The notes beneath the pieces were generated by a model, which saw nothing but the letters and a program-made list of their open reading frames with translations, had not been told where the DNA came from and ran no database searches. The position numbers were made by a program, and so were the translations under genes. Shown piece by piece: positions 1 to 9,756 of a stretch of 64,000 nt of DNA. This stretch comes from Candidatus Methanomethylicia archaeon (GTDB taxonomy: Archaea; Thermoproteota; Methanomethylicia; Nezhaarchaeales; B40-G2): assembly GCA_029259155.1 (NCBI GenBank), contig JAPDJI010000017.1, positions 32,001 to 96,000 on the forward strand, read 5' to 3'. Each line of letters begins with the position of its first letter. The first letter of the stretch is position 1.

Positions 1-217
1 TGTGAGCTACAGTGACAGGAGGCTTCTACGTAAAGCCTTGAAAGCCGCTAACCTAGTTGAACGTTACGGTAAACCGGCTGCCTTTGTCTTAGCTGGGAGA
101 GGTGTAAGCCCAGAAGACGCTGAAGAAATTTTACGTGAAGTATCGGTTATAGGTGATAAACTAGCTGAACTAGTTATAGATGCTGAGCGAAATGCTCTTC
201 GAAGACGCTTCCTATGA
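1..217 (+). CDS. C-terminal end of a probable Lhr-like DEAD/DEAH helicase (gene starts before the window)
   Basis: Open frame from the window edge; 'ANLVERYGKPAAFVLAGRGVSPEDA' resembles the C-terminus of archaeal Lhr-family helicases. Confidence 0.6.
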   Translation, partial: VSYSDRRLLRKALKAANLVERYGKPAAFVLAGRGVSPEDAEEILREVSVIGDKLAELVIDAERNALRRRFL

Positions 218-662
218 TGAGACGCGAACAAAAACCCTCATGAGCCACGTTAAGTTAAAGTGTACGATACACGGCGACCGCCTCTCCTCCAGATAGGGCG
301 TGGCTTCTCTAAGCCTCAAACAGGTCAGTCGAAGCGTCTTAGCCTCCTATAAACAGCTAAGTTTTCCACTCGCGTCCAGGTTAGCCTCTTGCAACATAGA
401 GGCAGCTAAACTAGCTCGCGGTAGAGTTGGGTAACGAGTTCTAAGCCACATCACAGCCTATGCGCAGCTCGTTATTAACCCACCGCGGGCTCATCATCCA
501 CGTTGAAATGAAGAGCTATAGATAGCCGACCAGGCTAGGTTGCCATCCTAGGCACCCTAGACCCGAACCGCTTCTTAAGTCGGTGGCGTTCCGAGGCGGT
601 GGGCTCTTAGACCAACGCTGTGCTTTATTCCACTACTTAGCGAGCTCTGGTGCGTCTAAGCC

Positions 663-992
663 CTAGGAGAAAGGGTTTTGAGGCCAACCTGTGCAGCGGA
701 GACCTCTTATCACTTCGCTTAGCCCGACGACAATACCATGTGTTGCTATGCCTAGCCCTACGCCCCATATAGCTGGACTCAGGTCGTAAAGCAGTTGAGC
801 TAGGCTTAGGCCTAGAACGGAGAGGGCTAGACCAGTCGTAATAGAGGGTAGTGCTGCTAAGCCTAGCAGCCTCCACGCCCACTTAATGGTCGTTGAGGGG
901 GTGTTCATGAGGTACAAGATCGACCAGGCCTCAACGACGAACATAAGCGGCAGTGCTAGAGCTTCCCACAAGATGGGCACCCTACTATTCAC
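663..992 (-). pseudogene. Hydrophobic membrane-protein ORF, probably a decayed remnant
   Basis: About three hydrophobic segments from GTG 992 (ORF track starts at 1037). The frame turns non-protein-like after 'HGIVVGLSE', and 220-660 has no long ORF. Confidence 0.3.
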
Positions 993-1287
993 TCCGCTCT
1001 CCAAGCCCTTTAAGGGCTGGGAGTAGAAGTACGTCAAATACTCCTCGAGGATTTCAAGGGATTACATAGAGGGCCCACCTACATGGACTTAATGGACGGT
1101 ATGCGAGGCATACACCTAACTTCTTTTATGGCTCCTTGGAGGCTAGTTAAAGGGGAGGAGACCTTAAGTTTCATGAAGAGAATCAAGCACTTGGCGTCTT
1201 TCCATGGTGATCTTAGCTTCACTCCGCAGCGAAGCTTGGAAGCTATATAAGGATGTTTAGCGGTTCGTAGCACGGCGGGGAGCTGGC

Positions 1288-2406
1288 ATGAATGGTCTTC
1301 AAGAGTCGCCTGACTACATTAGGTTAAGCACCGCTGCCGACGTAACCTTAGGCTTCACTTCTGGACGCTTTTACCGAGGAGCTCAGCTATACTGCATAAA
1401 CCTACTTCTCTACTATAGCGAAGGCTGCAGGGCAAACTGCCTATACTGTGGACAAGCCAGAGAGGCGGCGGGCGAGTCTATGTGTAAGACCTTGATAAGG
1501 GTGGACTGGCCTTTACGCGAGCTTGACGACGTGATAGCGAGGATGCGTAGATTGATGGGTGGAGGCTGCTTTATGAGGCCTTACAGGGTGTGCGTGGCCT
1601 CCATAACAAATGCTAAGGCAATTAAAGGCGAGATCGAAGTGATTAAGAGGCTGTATAATTCCCTACGTCTCCCCATCTCGGCGTTAATCAGCCCAACGAT
1701 ATTTCCAAAGCATAGAATGGAGGAGTTGAAGGAAGCTGGAGCTGAAAGGATCGGGATAGCAATAGACTGTGCCACGCCGAGTATCTTCGACCTGCTAAGA
1801 GGCTCAAAGGCTAGAGGCCCTCATAGATGGGAGGTCTACCTGAAGGGAGTACACGACGCCGTCGAAGTGTTAGGTGAAGGAAAGGTCGGCATACATTTAA
1901 TAGTAGGTTTGGGAGAGACTGAAGAGGAGGCCGTTAAACTCATTCAGTGGGCTCATGATGCGGGGGCTGAAACTCACCTCTTCTCCTTCTACCCTGAGCC
2001 AGGCTCAATACTTGAAGGTTGGAGGAGACCTGACATAGGACAGTATAGGAGGGTTCAATTAGCGAGATACTTAATCGACTTGGAGTACGCTAACATCGAG
2101 GACTTCGAGTTCAATGAGTATGGCCAGATCGTAGACTTTAAGGTTCCACCGGGTCTTTTCAACGAACTGGTTAAGAGTGGTAGGCCTTTCATGACCTCAG
2201 GCTGCCCAGGATGTAATAGGCCTTATTCTAATGAAAGGCCTGGTGAAGAGATAAGAAACTACCCGTTTATGCCTTCACCTCTCGATGTAGCTAGGATTAG
2301 GAAACAGCTTTTCTCATACAAGAGACCTAGGAATCGGCTAGAGGATCTAATACAATACCTTGAAGGACTCTCCTCAGAGAAGCTTAAGCTCCACCAAGCT
2401 TTCTAA
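1288..2406 (+). CDS. lipS2: Radical SAM protein, LipS2-type lipoyl synthase subunit
   Basis: CxxxCxxC (CRANCLYC) plus C-terminal TSGCPGCNRP matching the LipS2 TxGCPxC(N/D)RP signature; lipoate ligase two genes away. Confidence 0.8.
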   Translation: MNGLQESPDYIRLSTAADVTLGFTSGRFYRGAQLYCINLLLYYSEGCRANCLYCGQAREAAGESMCKTLIRVDWPLRELDDVIARMRRLMGGGCFMRPYRVCVASITNAKAIKGEIEVIKRLYNSLRLPISALISPTIFPKHRMEELKEAGAERIGIAIDCATPSIFDLLRGSKARGPHRWEVYLKGVHDAVEVLGEGKVGIHLIVGLGETEEEAVKLIQWAHDAGAETHLFSFYPEPGSILEGWRRPDIGQYRRVQLARYLIDLEYANIEDFEFNEYGQIVDFKVPPGLFNELVKSGRPFMTSGCPGCNRPYSNERPGEEIRNYPFMPSPLDVARIRKQLFSYKRPRNRLEDLIQYLEGLSSEKLKLHQAF

Positions 2407-3445
2407 CCCTATCTATGAACGCCTCGGCCTCCTCAACGCTTAACAAAGCTTCATGAACCTCCGTTAAACCATATAGTTGCAGCATGCCGCGTTCGTCGAG
2501 CTTTTTCACGTATAAATCCTTCAAGCTTCCTCCCTGAGCTAGGTAATCGTAGATGGCCTCAGCAGCTGCCAGCCCTGAATGCATTGCGTAGTAGACGCCT
2601 TCACCCGTATCGCTCCTTACGAACCCGCCGGCATCGCCAACGAATATTGTTTTCCCCTTTACGAGTTGGCTATCTTTCCTAGGACCTTTAAAGGGGAGCA
2701 TGTAAGCTTCCTCTTTTAATACCTTAGGTTCCTTGAATCTATGCTTAAGAAAAGACGTAAGTCTTTGTTTGAGCTTAAGGGGATGGTTGAGATAGTTGAG
2801 AGAAGAGCCTATACCTACGAGTACATCTCTAGCCCTCCCAGCAACCCAGATCCATCCACCTAGGATCTTAGATGGGTCGTAGTAAACTTCGAAGATACCT
2901 TCAACGCTACGTCTAGCTTCCTCTGATACCCTCACGTATGTTTGCATCGTTAATGCTAGGTCCTCCTTGCGCCAGGGTAAGTTTAAGCTCCGAGCGATCG
3001 TGGAGTATACGCCGTCAGCAGCTACAAGGAACTTCGCCTCAACAACCCCTAGGCCTTCAACGTATACTTGATAGCTAGTCCCCCTTACTTCCACCTTGCG
3101 TACCCTGGCTTCCTCGACTAGCTCAGCTCCTACCTTTACGGCCTCCTGAACTAAGAGGTAGTCAAAGACCTGCCTATCAACTATGGCTCCGGGAGGGTCT
3201 AACTTAATGAATGCTTGCTTACCGCTTGGAGCTATTAACCTTATTCCTTGAAGCGTTGATAGAACAGCTTCTCTAGGAACCTGAAAGTCTTCAAGTACCC
3301 TGGGGTAGAGGATGCCTGCACAGGGCTTTGGTCTAGGAAGCTTATATTTCTCAACACCTAGCGATCTGAGCCCTAATTCAGCACAACGCCTCAGGGCTGA
3401 GGCGCCGGAGGGGCCGCAGCCCACCACAACAACATCATATCTCAA
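2384..3445 (-). CDS. FAD-dependent oxidoreductase, geranylgeranyl reductase family (LipT-like by context)
   Basis: VVVGCGPSG Rossmann motif, KPCAG, AADG and VGDAGG...GEG motifs. Confidence 0.8.
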   Translation of the reverse strand: MRYDVVVVGCGPSGASALRRCAELGLRSLGVEKYKLPRPKPCAGILYPRVLEDFQVPREAVLSTLQGIRLIAPSGKQAFIKLDPPGAIVDRQVFDYLLVQEAVKVGAELVEEARVRKVEVRGTSYQVYVEGLGVVEAKFLVAADGVYSTIARSLNLPWRKEDLALTMQTYVRVSEEARRSVEGIFEVYYDPSKILGGWIWVAGRARDVLVGIGSSLNYLNHPLKLKQRLTSFLKHRFKEPKVLKEEAYMLPFKGPRKDSQLVKGKTIFVGDAGGFVRSDTGEGVYYAMHSGLAAAEAIYDYLAQGGSLKDLYVKKLDERGMLQLYGLTEVHEALLSVEEAEAFIDRVRKLGGA

Positions 3446-3500
3446 GGTTCCCCCCTCTCACTTCTTAAATAGGTGTCTCCTTATCTGGGCTTAGGTTGAA

Positions 3501-5084
3501 ATGAACAGAGCATGGCGTCTTCTCGATACAGGCCTGCGAAGCGCTGCTGAAAATATGGCTTTAGATGACGTGGTACTTGAAGCTGTAGCCTCAGGCCTCG
3601 CCCCTAATACTATTAGGTTTCTTCGTTTCTCTAAGCCTTGTGTATTAGTAGGATACCACCAGGATGTGGATCAGGAAGTCCGCCTAGAGTACTGCGCTGA
3701 GAAAGCTGTGGAGGTGAATAGGAGACTTACAGGTGGAGGAGCGGTGTACTTTGAGCCTCATCATCTAGGCTGGGAAGTTATAGCTAGATGGGCTCCTCCT
3801 TTTCCCACCAATGTAGAGGAGCTTTACGGCTTTGTCTGCGAGCCTGTGGCGAGGGCGCTTAGGAGGCTAGGCGTAAACGCTAGGTTTAGGCCTAAGAACG
3901 ATATCGAAGTGGGAAGCAAGAAGATATCGGGTACAGGGGGCACTGTTCGGGGGACGGCCTTTCTTTTCCAAGGCACCCTTTTAACGGACCTAAACCTACA
4001 TGAAATGCTACGTTGCCTTAGAATACCTATCAAGAAGCTCAGCGATAAAGAAGTGGAATCGTTAAAGGACAGAGTCACCACTTTAAGGTGGGAGCTCGGC
4101 TACCTACCGGGCTTAGAGTCTATAAAACAGTTGATCCTTGAGGAGATGTCCTCCTGGTTTGGTATTGAGACCGTTAAAGGCAAGCTTAACCCAATAGAAT
4201 TCTCCTTGCTTAGAGAGAGGCAAGCTTACTTCAGCTCTAAGGAATGGATTTACATGGTTAAGGTGCCTGTGGGAGGTCTTTTCCACTCGAGCATTAAGGC
4301 TCCCGGAGGCTTGGTGAGAGCAGCGGTAAGCGTTAGGGACGATATTATACAGGCTGCCTACATAACTGGAGATTTTTTCGCTCATCCTCAAACTCTAATC
4401 TACGATCTTGAAGCTAAGCTTAAGCACATCCCCATCGATAGATATGAAATACTGAGAGCTATCGAATCAGCGTTTAACCAAGGCGGGATTTTAGGTGTAC
4501 ATCCCAAGGATATAGCAAAGGTAGTCTTAGAGGCTGCGGGTAAGTCACGTTTCTTGAGCTTAGGCTTAACCCCTGATGAGGCTGACTGTTTAATAGAGGT
4601 GCTTAAGCCAGCTGAGTATGTGCTTTCCACTGCTCGTTACCTCCTGCTTCCTTACTGCGCTAAGCCTCTAAGCTGTGAGCTGAGATGGGACGTAAGCTGT
4701 TCGCTATGTGGAGGCTGCGATTTTAAAGAGGTTTACGAAAAGGCTTACGCCTTAGGCTTTGAGCCTCTCACTATCGTAAGCTACGAGCATCTTGAAGAGA
4801 CCTTAACTAACCTTAAAGCCGTAGGAGAGAAGGCGTGGATAGGTAGTTGTTGCGAAGCTTTCTATGAAAAACACTACGAGGATTTCGAGAAGATAGGTCT
4901 ACCTGGCCTCATAGTTACGACTGAGGGGTTAACGTGCTATGATCTAGGTGTAGAGAAGCTAGCTTACGAAGGGAAGTATGAAGGTGTATCCAAGCTAAGG
5001 ACAAACCTTCTACTTAAAGTACTTCAAATCGCCAGCTCTTATAGAGGAAGACGGGTTGAGGCTTCGCTTCATTTAAAACTTTGA
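3501..5084 (+). CDS. Lipoate-protein ligase (A+B domains) fused to a Cys-rich DUF116-like C-terminal domain
   Basis: NMALD, RRLTGGGAVY, NDI...KKISGTG, then KAPGGLVRA..ITGDFF, then LLLPYCAK..C..CSLCGGC..GSCC. Confidence 0.85.
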   Translation: MNRAWRLLDTGLRSAAENMALDDVVLEAVASGLAPNTIRFLRFSKPCVLVGYHQDVDQEVRLEYCAEKAVEVNRRLTGGGAVYFEPHHLGWEVIARWAPPFPTNVEELYGFVCEPVARALRRLGVNARFRPKNDIEVGSKKISGTGGTVRGTAFLFQGTLLTDLNLHEMLRCLRIPIKKLSDKEVESLKDRVTTLRWELGYLPGLESIKQLILEEMSSWFGIETVKGKLNPIEFSLLRERQAYFSSKEWIYMVKVPVGGLFHSSIKAPGGLVRAAVSVRDDIIQAAYITGDFFAHPQTLIYDLEAKLKHIPIDRYEILRAIESAFNQGGILGVHPKDIAKVVLEAAGKSRFLSLGLTPDEADCLIEVLKPAEYVLSTARYLLLPYCAKPLSCELRWDVSCSLCGGCDFKEVYEKAYALGFEPLTIVSYEHLEETLTNLKAVGEKAWIGSCCEAFYEKHYEDFEKIGLPGLIVTTEGLTCYDLGVEKLAYEGKYEGVSKLRTNLLLKVLQIASSYRGRRVEASLHLKL

Positions 5085-5157
5085 CAGCGAGGCCTTAAAG
5101 GATAAGGCCAACCTCTAGAATAATGTAGGTCCGCAAGAGAGGGCTGTGTGAGGAATT

Positions 5158-5730
5158 ATGCTTGGCAAAGTGTTGTTCCTAGATGTTGAATCCACGGGGC
5201 TTGAAGCTGAGTCATCGTTCGTGGTTGGGGTAGGAATAATGTTTGAGGATGGCTCCTGGAACCATCTTTTCGCATCCTCCATCAACGACGAAGCAAAGAT
5301 ACTCTCAGACACGATATCTACAGTTTCAGGCTTCGATACCGTAGTGACTTGGAATGGCCTAGGCTTCGACATACCCATCTTGATCGCTAGGGCCCTCAAG
5401 AACGGCTTAGACCCTAGCCCTCTACTAACACCTAGACATATAGATCTGTTCAGGATTTTCAGGGAGTTGGTTAGGCTTGGGCGTTACAGCTTAGATGACG
5501 TGTCCAAGTTCCTTGATATACCTAAGAAAGTGCAGATTAAAGGCAGTGACATGCCTCCACTATACTTGAAAGCGCTGAGTGGTGATCAAGAGGCTATGCG
5601 GGTTATCGAGGAACACTGCTATGATGACCTACAGGCCTTGAGAGAAATATTCTTTAAATCTAGGAGACTGGTGGAGGCCTATATCCTATTAACCGAAAAA
5701 ATTAAGCAGAGCTCTGCCTCCCCACCATAA
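5158..5730 (+). CDS. RNase H-like DEDD 3'-5' exonuclease domain protein (YprB-like)
   Basis: FLDVESTG, TWNG..FD, HIDL and HCYDDL motifs. Confidence 0.8.
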   Translation: MLGKVLFLDVESTGLEAESSFVVGVGIMFEDGSWNHLFASSINDEAKILSDTISTVSGFDTVVTWNGLGFDIPILIARALKNGLDPSPLLTPRHIDLFRIFRELVRLGRYSLDDVSKFLDIPKKVQIKGSDMPPLYLKALSGDQEAMRVIEEHCYDDLQALREIFFKSRRLVEAYILLTEKIKQSSASPP

Positions 5731-5746
5731 GACAAGGTGACTCTAA

Positions 5747-5959
5747 GTGTACGCTGACCCCTCTAAGCTAACCGAGGAGATGGAGAAAAAGAGCATCGAT
5801 GAGCTCAGAAGGACAACCAGGCGTATCTTTAACTTAGCTACGTTGGGTTTCAGGCAGACCTTAGGTAATGATCAGGCTCTCAACTGGATCTTCCTTCGGG
5901 TCCTCGTGGAGACCAATAAGTTACGTAATGAGCTCTCTAAGCTGACAAGGGAAAGCTAA
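5747..5959 (+). CDS. Small hypothetical helical protein
   Basis: GTG start after AGGTGA; fills the gap between co-oriented genes. Confidence 0.6.
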   Translation: MYADPSKLTEEMEKKSIDELRRTTRRIFNLATLGFRQTLGNDQALNWIFLRVLVETNKLRNELSKLTRES

Positions 5960-5974
5960 CACGGGGCTTAGAAG

Positions 5975-7129
5975 GTGTCCCCTGTTAATCTCCCTCCTCA
6001 AGCCAGGGCGAAATGGGCCAAAACCTTAGAGGCTAGAACTCCTGAGGAGAGGCTTAGAGCTCTACAGGAGTTTCTGTCAAGCATACCTGACCATAAAGGG
6101 GCCTCTAAGCTTAGGGCTCACGTTAAACACCAGATAGCAGTGTTAAGGAGGACGATCGAGGAGCAGAGGGCTCGAAGAAGAGGAGGTGGAGGTCCCTCTT
6201 TCTCAGTAGAGAAGGAGGGGGCAGCGCAGATAGTGTTGCTTGGCTTTACTAATGCTGGTAAGAGCAGCTTGCTTCAAGCTCTTACCAACGCTAAGCCTGA
6301 GGTATCAGAGCAGCCGTACACCACGAAGTACCCAGCGCCCGGGATGATGGACTACGAGGACTTAAAGTTTCAGCTCGTCGAGGCTCCTCCACTGAGGGGC
6401 CTTGAACGTGATGCTCCGACGCTGAGCTTAGCTAGGAACGCTGACGCCTTGATGCTCGTAGTAGACCTAGCTGAAGACCCAGTAGCTCAGCTCTCGGCTA
6501 TGGTGGAGGAGCTACGAGACGTAGGAATAGTGGTCGAGAAACCAAAAGCCTCGATTGAGATTGAAAGGCAGACCTCCGGAGGTGTAAAGATAGTGGTGAT
6601 GGGTAGATTAATGCACTGCACGGAACAAGACGTAGCTAAGCTGTTAACAAGCTACGGTATGCGCCATGCTCTCATTAAGATAACCGGTGAAGCGACTCTC
6701 GACGATGTAGAGGACGCCTTACTAAGGAAGCCTGTTTATAAGCCTACGATGGTCTTAGCTAATAAGGCTGATCTCCCAGGGTCTAAGGATAAGTTAAAGA
6801 AGTTGGAAGCCTACTTGGCCGGCAAGATACCGTTAATTGCTACTTCAGCTGTGCAAGGTGTAGGTCGAGAAGACTTAGGTAAAGAGGTGTTCAGGGTTTT
6901 AGATTTAATACGTGTTTACACAAAGGAACCCGGCGAGCCTCCAAGTAATGAGCCCCTAGTGGTTAGAAGGGGATCGACAGTGTTGGAGGTGGCTAAGCGT
7001 ATCCATAAGCAGCTGGGTCGAAGCTTTAAGTACGCTAAGGTTTGGTCAAAAAGACTTCCTTTCAGCCCTCAGAGAGTTGGTCCCTCCTTTATCTTAGAGG
7101 ACAGGGACGTTGTAGAGATTAAAGCTTAA
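5975..7129 (+). CDS. DRG/OBG-family GTP-binding protein with TGS domain
   Basis: GFTNAGKS, PYTT, NKAD and C-terminal IRVYTK...TGS. Confidence 0.92.
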   Translation: MSPVNLPPQARAKWAKTLEARTPEERLRALQEFLSSIPDHKGASKLRAHVKHQIAVLRRTIEEQRARRRGGGGPSFSVEKEGAAQIVLLGFTNAGKSSLLQALTNAKPEVSEQPYTTKYPAPGMMDYEDLKFQLVEAPPLRGLERDAPTLSLARNADALMLVVDLAEDPVAQLSAMVEELRDVGIVVEKPKASIEIERQTSGGVKIVVMGRLMHCTEQDVAKLLTSYGMRHALIKITGEATLDDVEDALLRKPVYKPTMVLANKADLPGSKDKLKKLEAYLAGKIPLIATSAVQGVGREDLGKEVFRVLDLIRVYTKEPGEPPSNEPLVVRRGSTVLEVAKRIHKQLGRSFKYAKVWSKRLPFSPQRVGPSFILEDRDVVEIKA

Positions 7130-7198
7130 GGGGATAGACGTAGCCTTATGCTTAAAAGTACGAGTTGTGTGGATGACTAAGCATACAACATTATATGG

Positions 7199-8509
7199 AT
7201 GGTGCTCAGCTTGTGGGAAGGAAGGCTTTTCTCCTCTCAAGCCTTAACGGTACATGAAGGTGCCCGTGTCAAGCTCTACGGATGGGTACACAGCATAAGA
7301 GACCTAGGTAAAGTATGCTTCTTTCTGTTGAGGGACAAGGAAGGCATAATACAGGTGGTGGCATCAGCCTCAGCCCTTAGCCCTGCCGTCTTTAACGCTG
7401 TCAAGGAGCTGAAGAGAGAGTACGTGGTGGAGGTTGAAGGGATCGTAAGGCGCACTGAGAAGGCTCCTGGCGGGGTAGAGCTTCACTTAGAGAAGTTGAA
7501 GGTGTTGAACGAAGCCAATGTCCCTCCTCACCTCGAGCCTGATAGGAGGGTTAAGCTGGAACTCGATGTTAGGCTGGATGAAAGGATGCTCGACCTTAGG
7601 AGGCTGGAGAACCAAGCTCTATTCAGAATAGGCCACGTTGTATTAAGCTCAGCTAGGCGCTTCCTTGAAGAGCGAGGCTTCATAGAAGTTCATACACCTA
7701 AATTAATAGCAACCGCCACTGAGGGTGGAGCTGCACTTTTCCCGATAGCCTACTTTGACCGTGAAGCTTTCTTGGCTCAGAGCCCTCAATTATACAAGGA
7801 ACAACTCTCAGCGGTGTTCGAGAGGGTTTATGAAGTAGGCCCACTCTTTAGGGCTGAAGAATCGCACACTAATCGACACCTCTCAGAATACGTGGGCGTT
7901 GATGTTGAAGCAGCCTTTGCTGACGAAGAAGACGTTATGCAGGTATTAGAGGATATGGTGACCTTCACGGTCCGTGAAGTAGTAAGCAGATGCGGTCGGG
8001 AACTCCAACTTCTTGGGAGAAAACTCGAAGTACCTCCTACTCCTTATAGGAGGCTGACTTACTCAGAGGCTATAGATCTGCTTAGGGAGCGTGGGATGTC
8101 TATTGAGTGGGGGCACGACTTATCCACGGAGGCTGAACGTGTATTGGGAAGAATATTCAATGAGCCCTTCTTCATCGTTGATTGGCCTACTCATCTTAAG
8201 CCTTTCTATATTATGCCTAGGGAGGATGATCCTAAGCTTTCCTATAGCTTCGACTTAATGTACGGCTGGCTCGAGATAGCCTCCGGCGGGCGACGCATAC
8301 ACCGCAAAGACCAGTTAATAAAACGCCTAGAAGAACAAGGACTAAACCCAGAAAACTTCAAACACCACCTTAAATGCTACGACTACGGCATGCCACCCCA
8401 CGCAGGATGGGGACTAGGACTAGCAAGACTACTAATGATAATAACTGGGAAGGACGATATAAGGGAGGTAGTCCTATACCCAAGGGATCGATGGAGACTG
8501 ACGCCTTAG
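7199..8509 (+). CDS. aspS: Aspartyl-tRNA synthetase, archaeal (likely non-discriminating given gatCAB)
   Basis: N-terminal OB fold, LAQSPQLYK, FRAE and YGMPPHAGWGLG motifs. Confidence 0.95.
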   Translation: MVLSLWEGRLFSSQALTVHEGARVKLYGWVHSIRDLGKVCFFLLRDKEGIIQVVASASALSPAVFNAVKELKREYVVEVEGIVRRTEKAPGGVELHLEKLKVLNEANVPPHLEPDRRVKLELDVRLDERMLDLRRLENQALFRIGHVVLSSARRFLEERGFIEVHTPKLIATATEGGAALFPIAYFDREAFLAQSPQLYKEQLSAVFERVYEVGPLFRAEESHTNRHLSEYVGVDVEAAFADEEDVMQVLEDMVTFTVREVVSRCGRELQLLGRKLEVPPTPYRRLTYSEAIDLLRERGMSIEWGHDLSTEAERVLGRIFNEPFFIVDWPTHLKPFYIMPREDDPKLSYSFDLMYGWLEIASGGRRIHRKDQLIKRLEEQGLNPENFKHHLKCYDYGMPPHAGWGLGLARLLMIITGKDDIREVVLYPRDRWRLTP

Positions 8510-9756
8510 ACCGTGAGCTGGATAGACCTATCCTCTTGGTAGAGTATTTTGTCGGTGGAGGGCTTCCTAACCTAACTTCCTCCTTGATTCTTGAAGGTTA
8601 CGCTATGTTGAAGGCGGCAGCAGAGGCTCTTACCGAAGCTGGCTTCAAGTTGATAGTTGCGGTGGATAGAAGGGTTGAGCCTTTTCTTAAGCTTCCTAGG
8701 CTACGTAGGATCAAGGCGGGGCCAGGGGGGCTACTAAAGACACTAAAAAAGGAGGCTTCTGCTTCCTATGCCCTCCTTATAGCTCCTCCTATGGATGGAG
8801 CTCATGCTAACTTGACCTCCTTAATGGAGGAGCTGGGCATCGAGGTTCTAGGGCCCTCAACGAACAAGTTGATAAAGGTTCTCGATAAGGCGGAGCTCGC
8901 TCGCTCATTAAATGCCCTGGGCGTTAGGTATCCAAAAACCATTGAGCTCGACCCAATTATCGAAGAAAGTGTCCATGAAGCCGGAGAGAAGCTGGGTTAT
9001 CCGTTAGTTATTAAACCTGTGGATGGTGCAGGCTGTGAAGGCTTAATGATCGTAGGGTCTTCTCGCCAAATAAAGGAGGCTGTGAAGGAAGCAAAGACCT
9101 ATGCAAGGCGATACATTGCTCAGGAGATGGTTAAGGGAGTACATGCTAGCGTTAGCTTAATAGCTGATGGTAGGAGGGCTAAAGCTCTAGCTCTCAACGC
9201 GCAGCAACTGCTATGGAAAAAGCTACCTTCGCATCCAAGCTATGAAGGAGGGTATACCCCACTTATTCATCGTAGTTCAGACGAAGCTTTAAAGGAAGCC
9301 GAAAAGGTGGTAGAGTACTTCGGCCTTAAAGGGTACGTGGGGATAGACCTAGTTCTATCGGATGAAGGTCCCTTCATAGTGGAAGTCAACCCCAGGCTAA
9401 CCACTTCTTTCATAGCTCTAACTTCGACCATTTCACCCTCACACCTCGGAAGGTGTTTAGTTAACGTCACCCTAGGGCGCCTTGACCCCTCACAAGCACC
9501 CCTCATGACGAGACATGTATGTGCTTTACGTAAGCTTAAAACTCCTATTGACCTAACCTTAACACCGCTCCTTATAGAACGCCTTTCTAGCACTCCAGGG
9601 GTTTATGTTACCACGCCTCTCACGGGGAGAGTTCCTAGAGGTGAGAGTATAGCTCTGCTTAAGGCAGAGGCATCTAATCTACGCTCAGCTGTAGCTCGCC
9701 TAGGAGGCATTACCCGCAAGGTTGAGAGTATAATTAAGGCCAAGGAATTTAGTTGA
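8491..9756 (+). CDS. mfnD: ATP-grasp ligase, tyramine--L-glutamate ligase (methanofuran biosynthesis)
   Basis: EYFVGGG..EGYAML N-terminus, KPVDGAGC, GYVGIDL and EVNPRLTTS; mfnB/E/F nearby. Start moved to ATG 8491 to avoid a long aspS overlap. Confidence 0.75.
   Translation: METDALDRELDRPILLVEYFVGGGLPNLTSSLILEGYAMLKAAAEALTEAGFKLIVAVDRRVEPFLKLPRLRRIKAGPGGLLKTLKKEASASYALLIAPPMDGAHANLTSLMEELGIEVLGPSTNKLIKVLDKAELARSLNALGVRYPKTIELDPIIEESVHEAGEKLGYPLVIKPVDGAGCEGLMIVGSSRQIKEAVKEAKTYARRYIAQEMVKGVHASVSLIADGRRAKALALNAQQLLWKKLPSHPSYEGGYTPLIHRSSDEALKEAEKVVEYFGLKGYVGIDLVLSDEGPFIVEVNPRLTTSFIALTSTISPSHLGRCLVNVTLGRLDPSQAPLMTRHVCALRKLKTPIDLTLTPLLIERLSSTPGVYVTTPLTGRVPRGESIALLKAEASNLRSAVARLGGITRKVESIIKAKEFS

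Noticed and set aside
230-660. Possible RNase P RNA, SRP RNA or tRNA in the long non-coding stretch
   Set aside because: No GAGGAAAGUCC, SRP helix-8 or T-loop consensus on either strand.
8374-8490. ORF-track N-terminal extension of mfnD overlapping aspS by 136 nt
   Set aside because: Non-protein-like sequence; ATG 8491 gives a normal short overlap.
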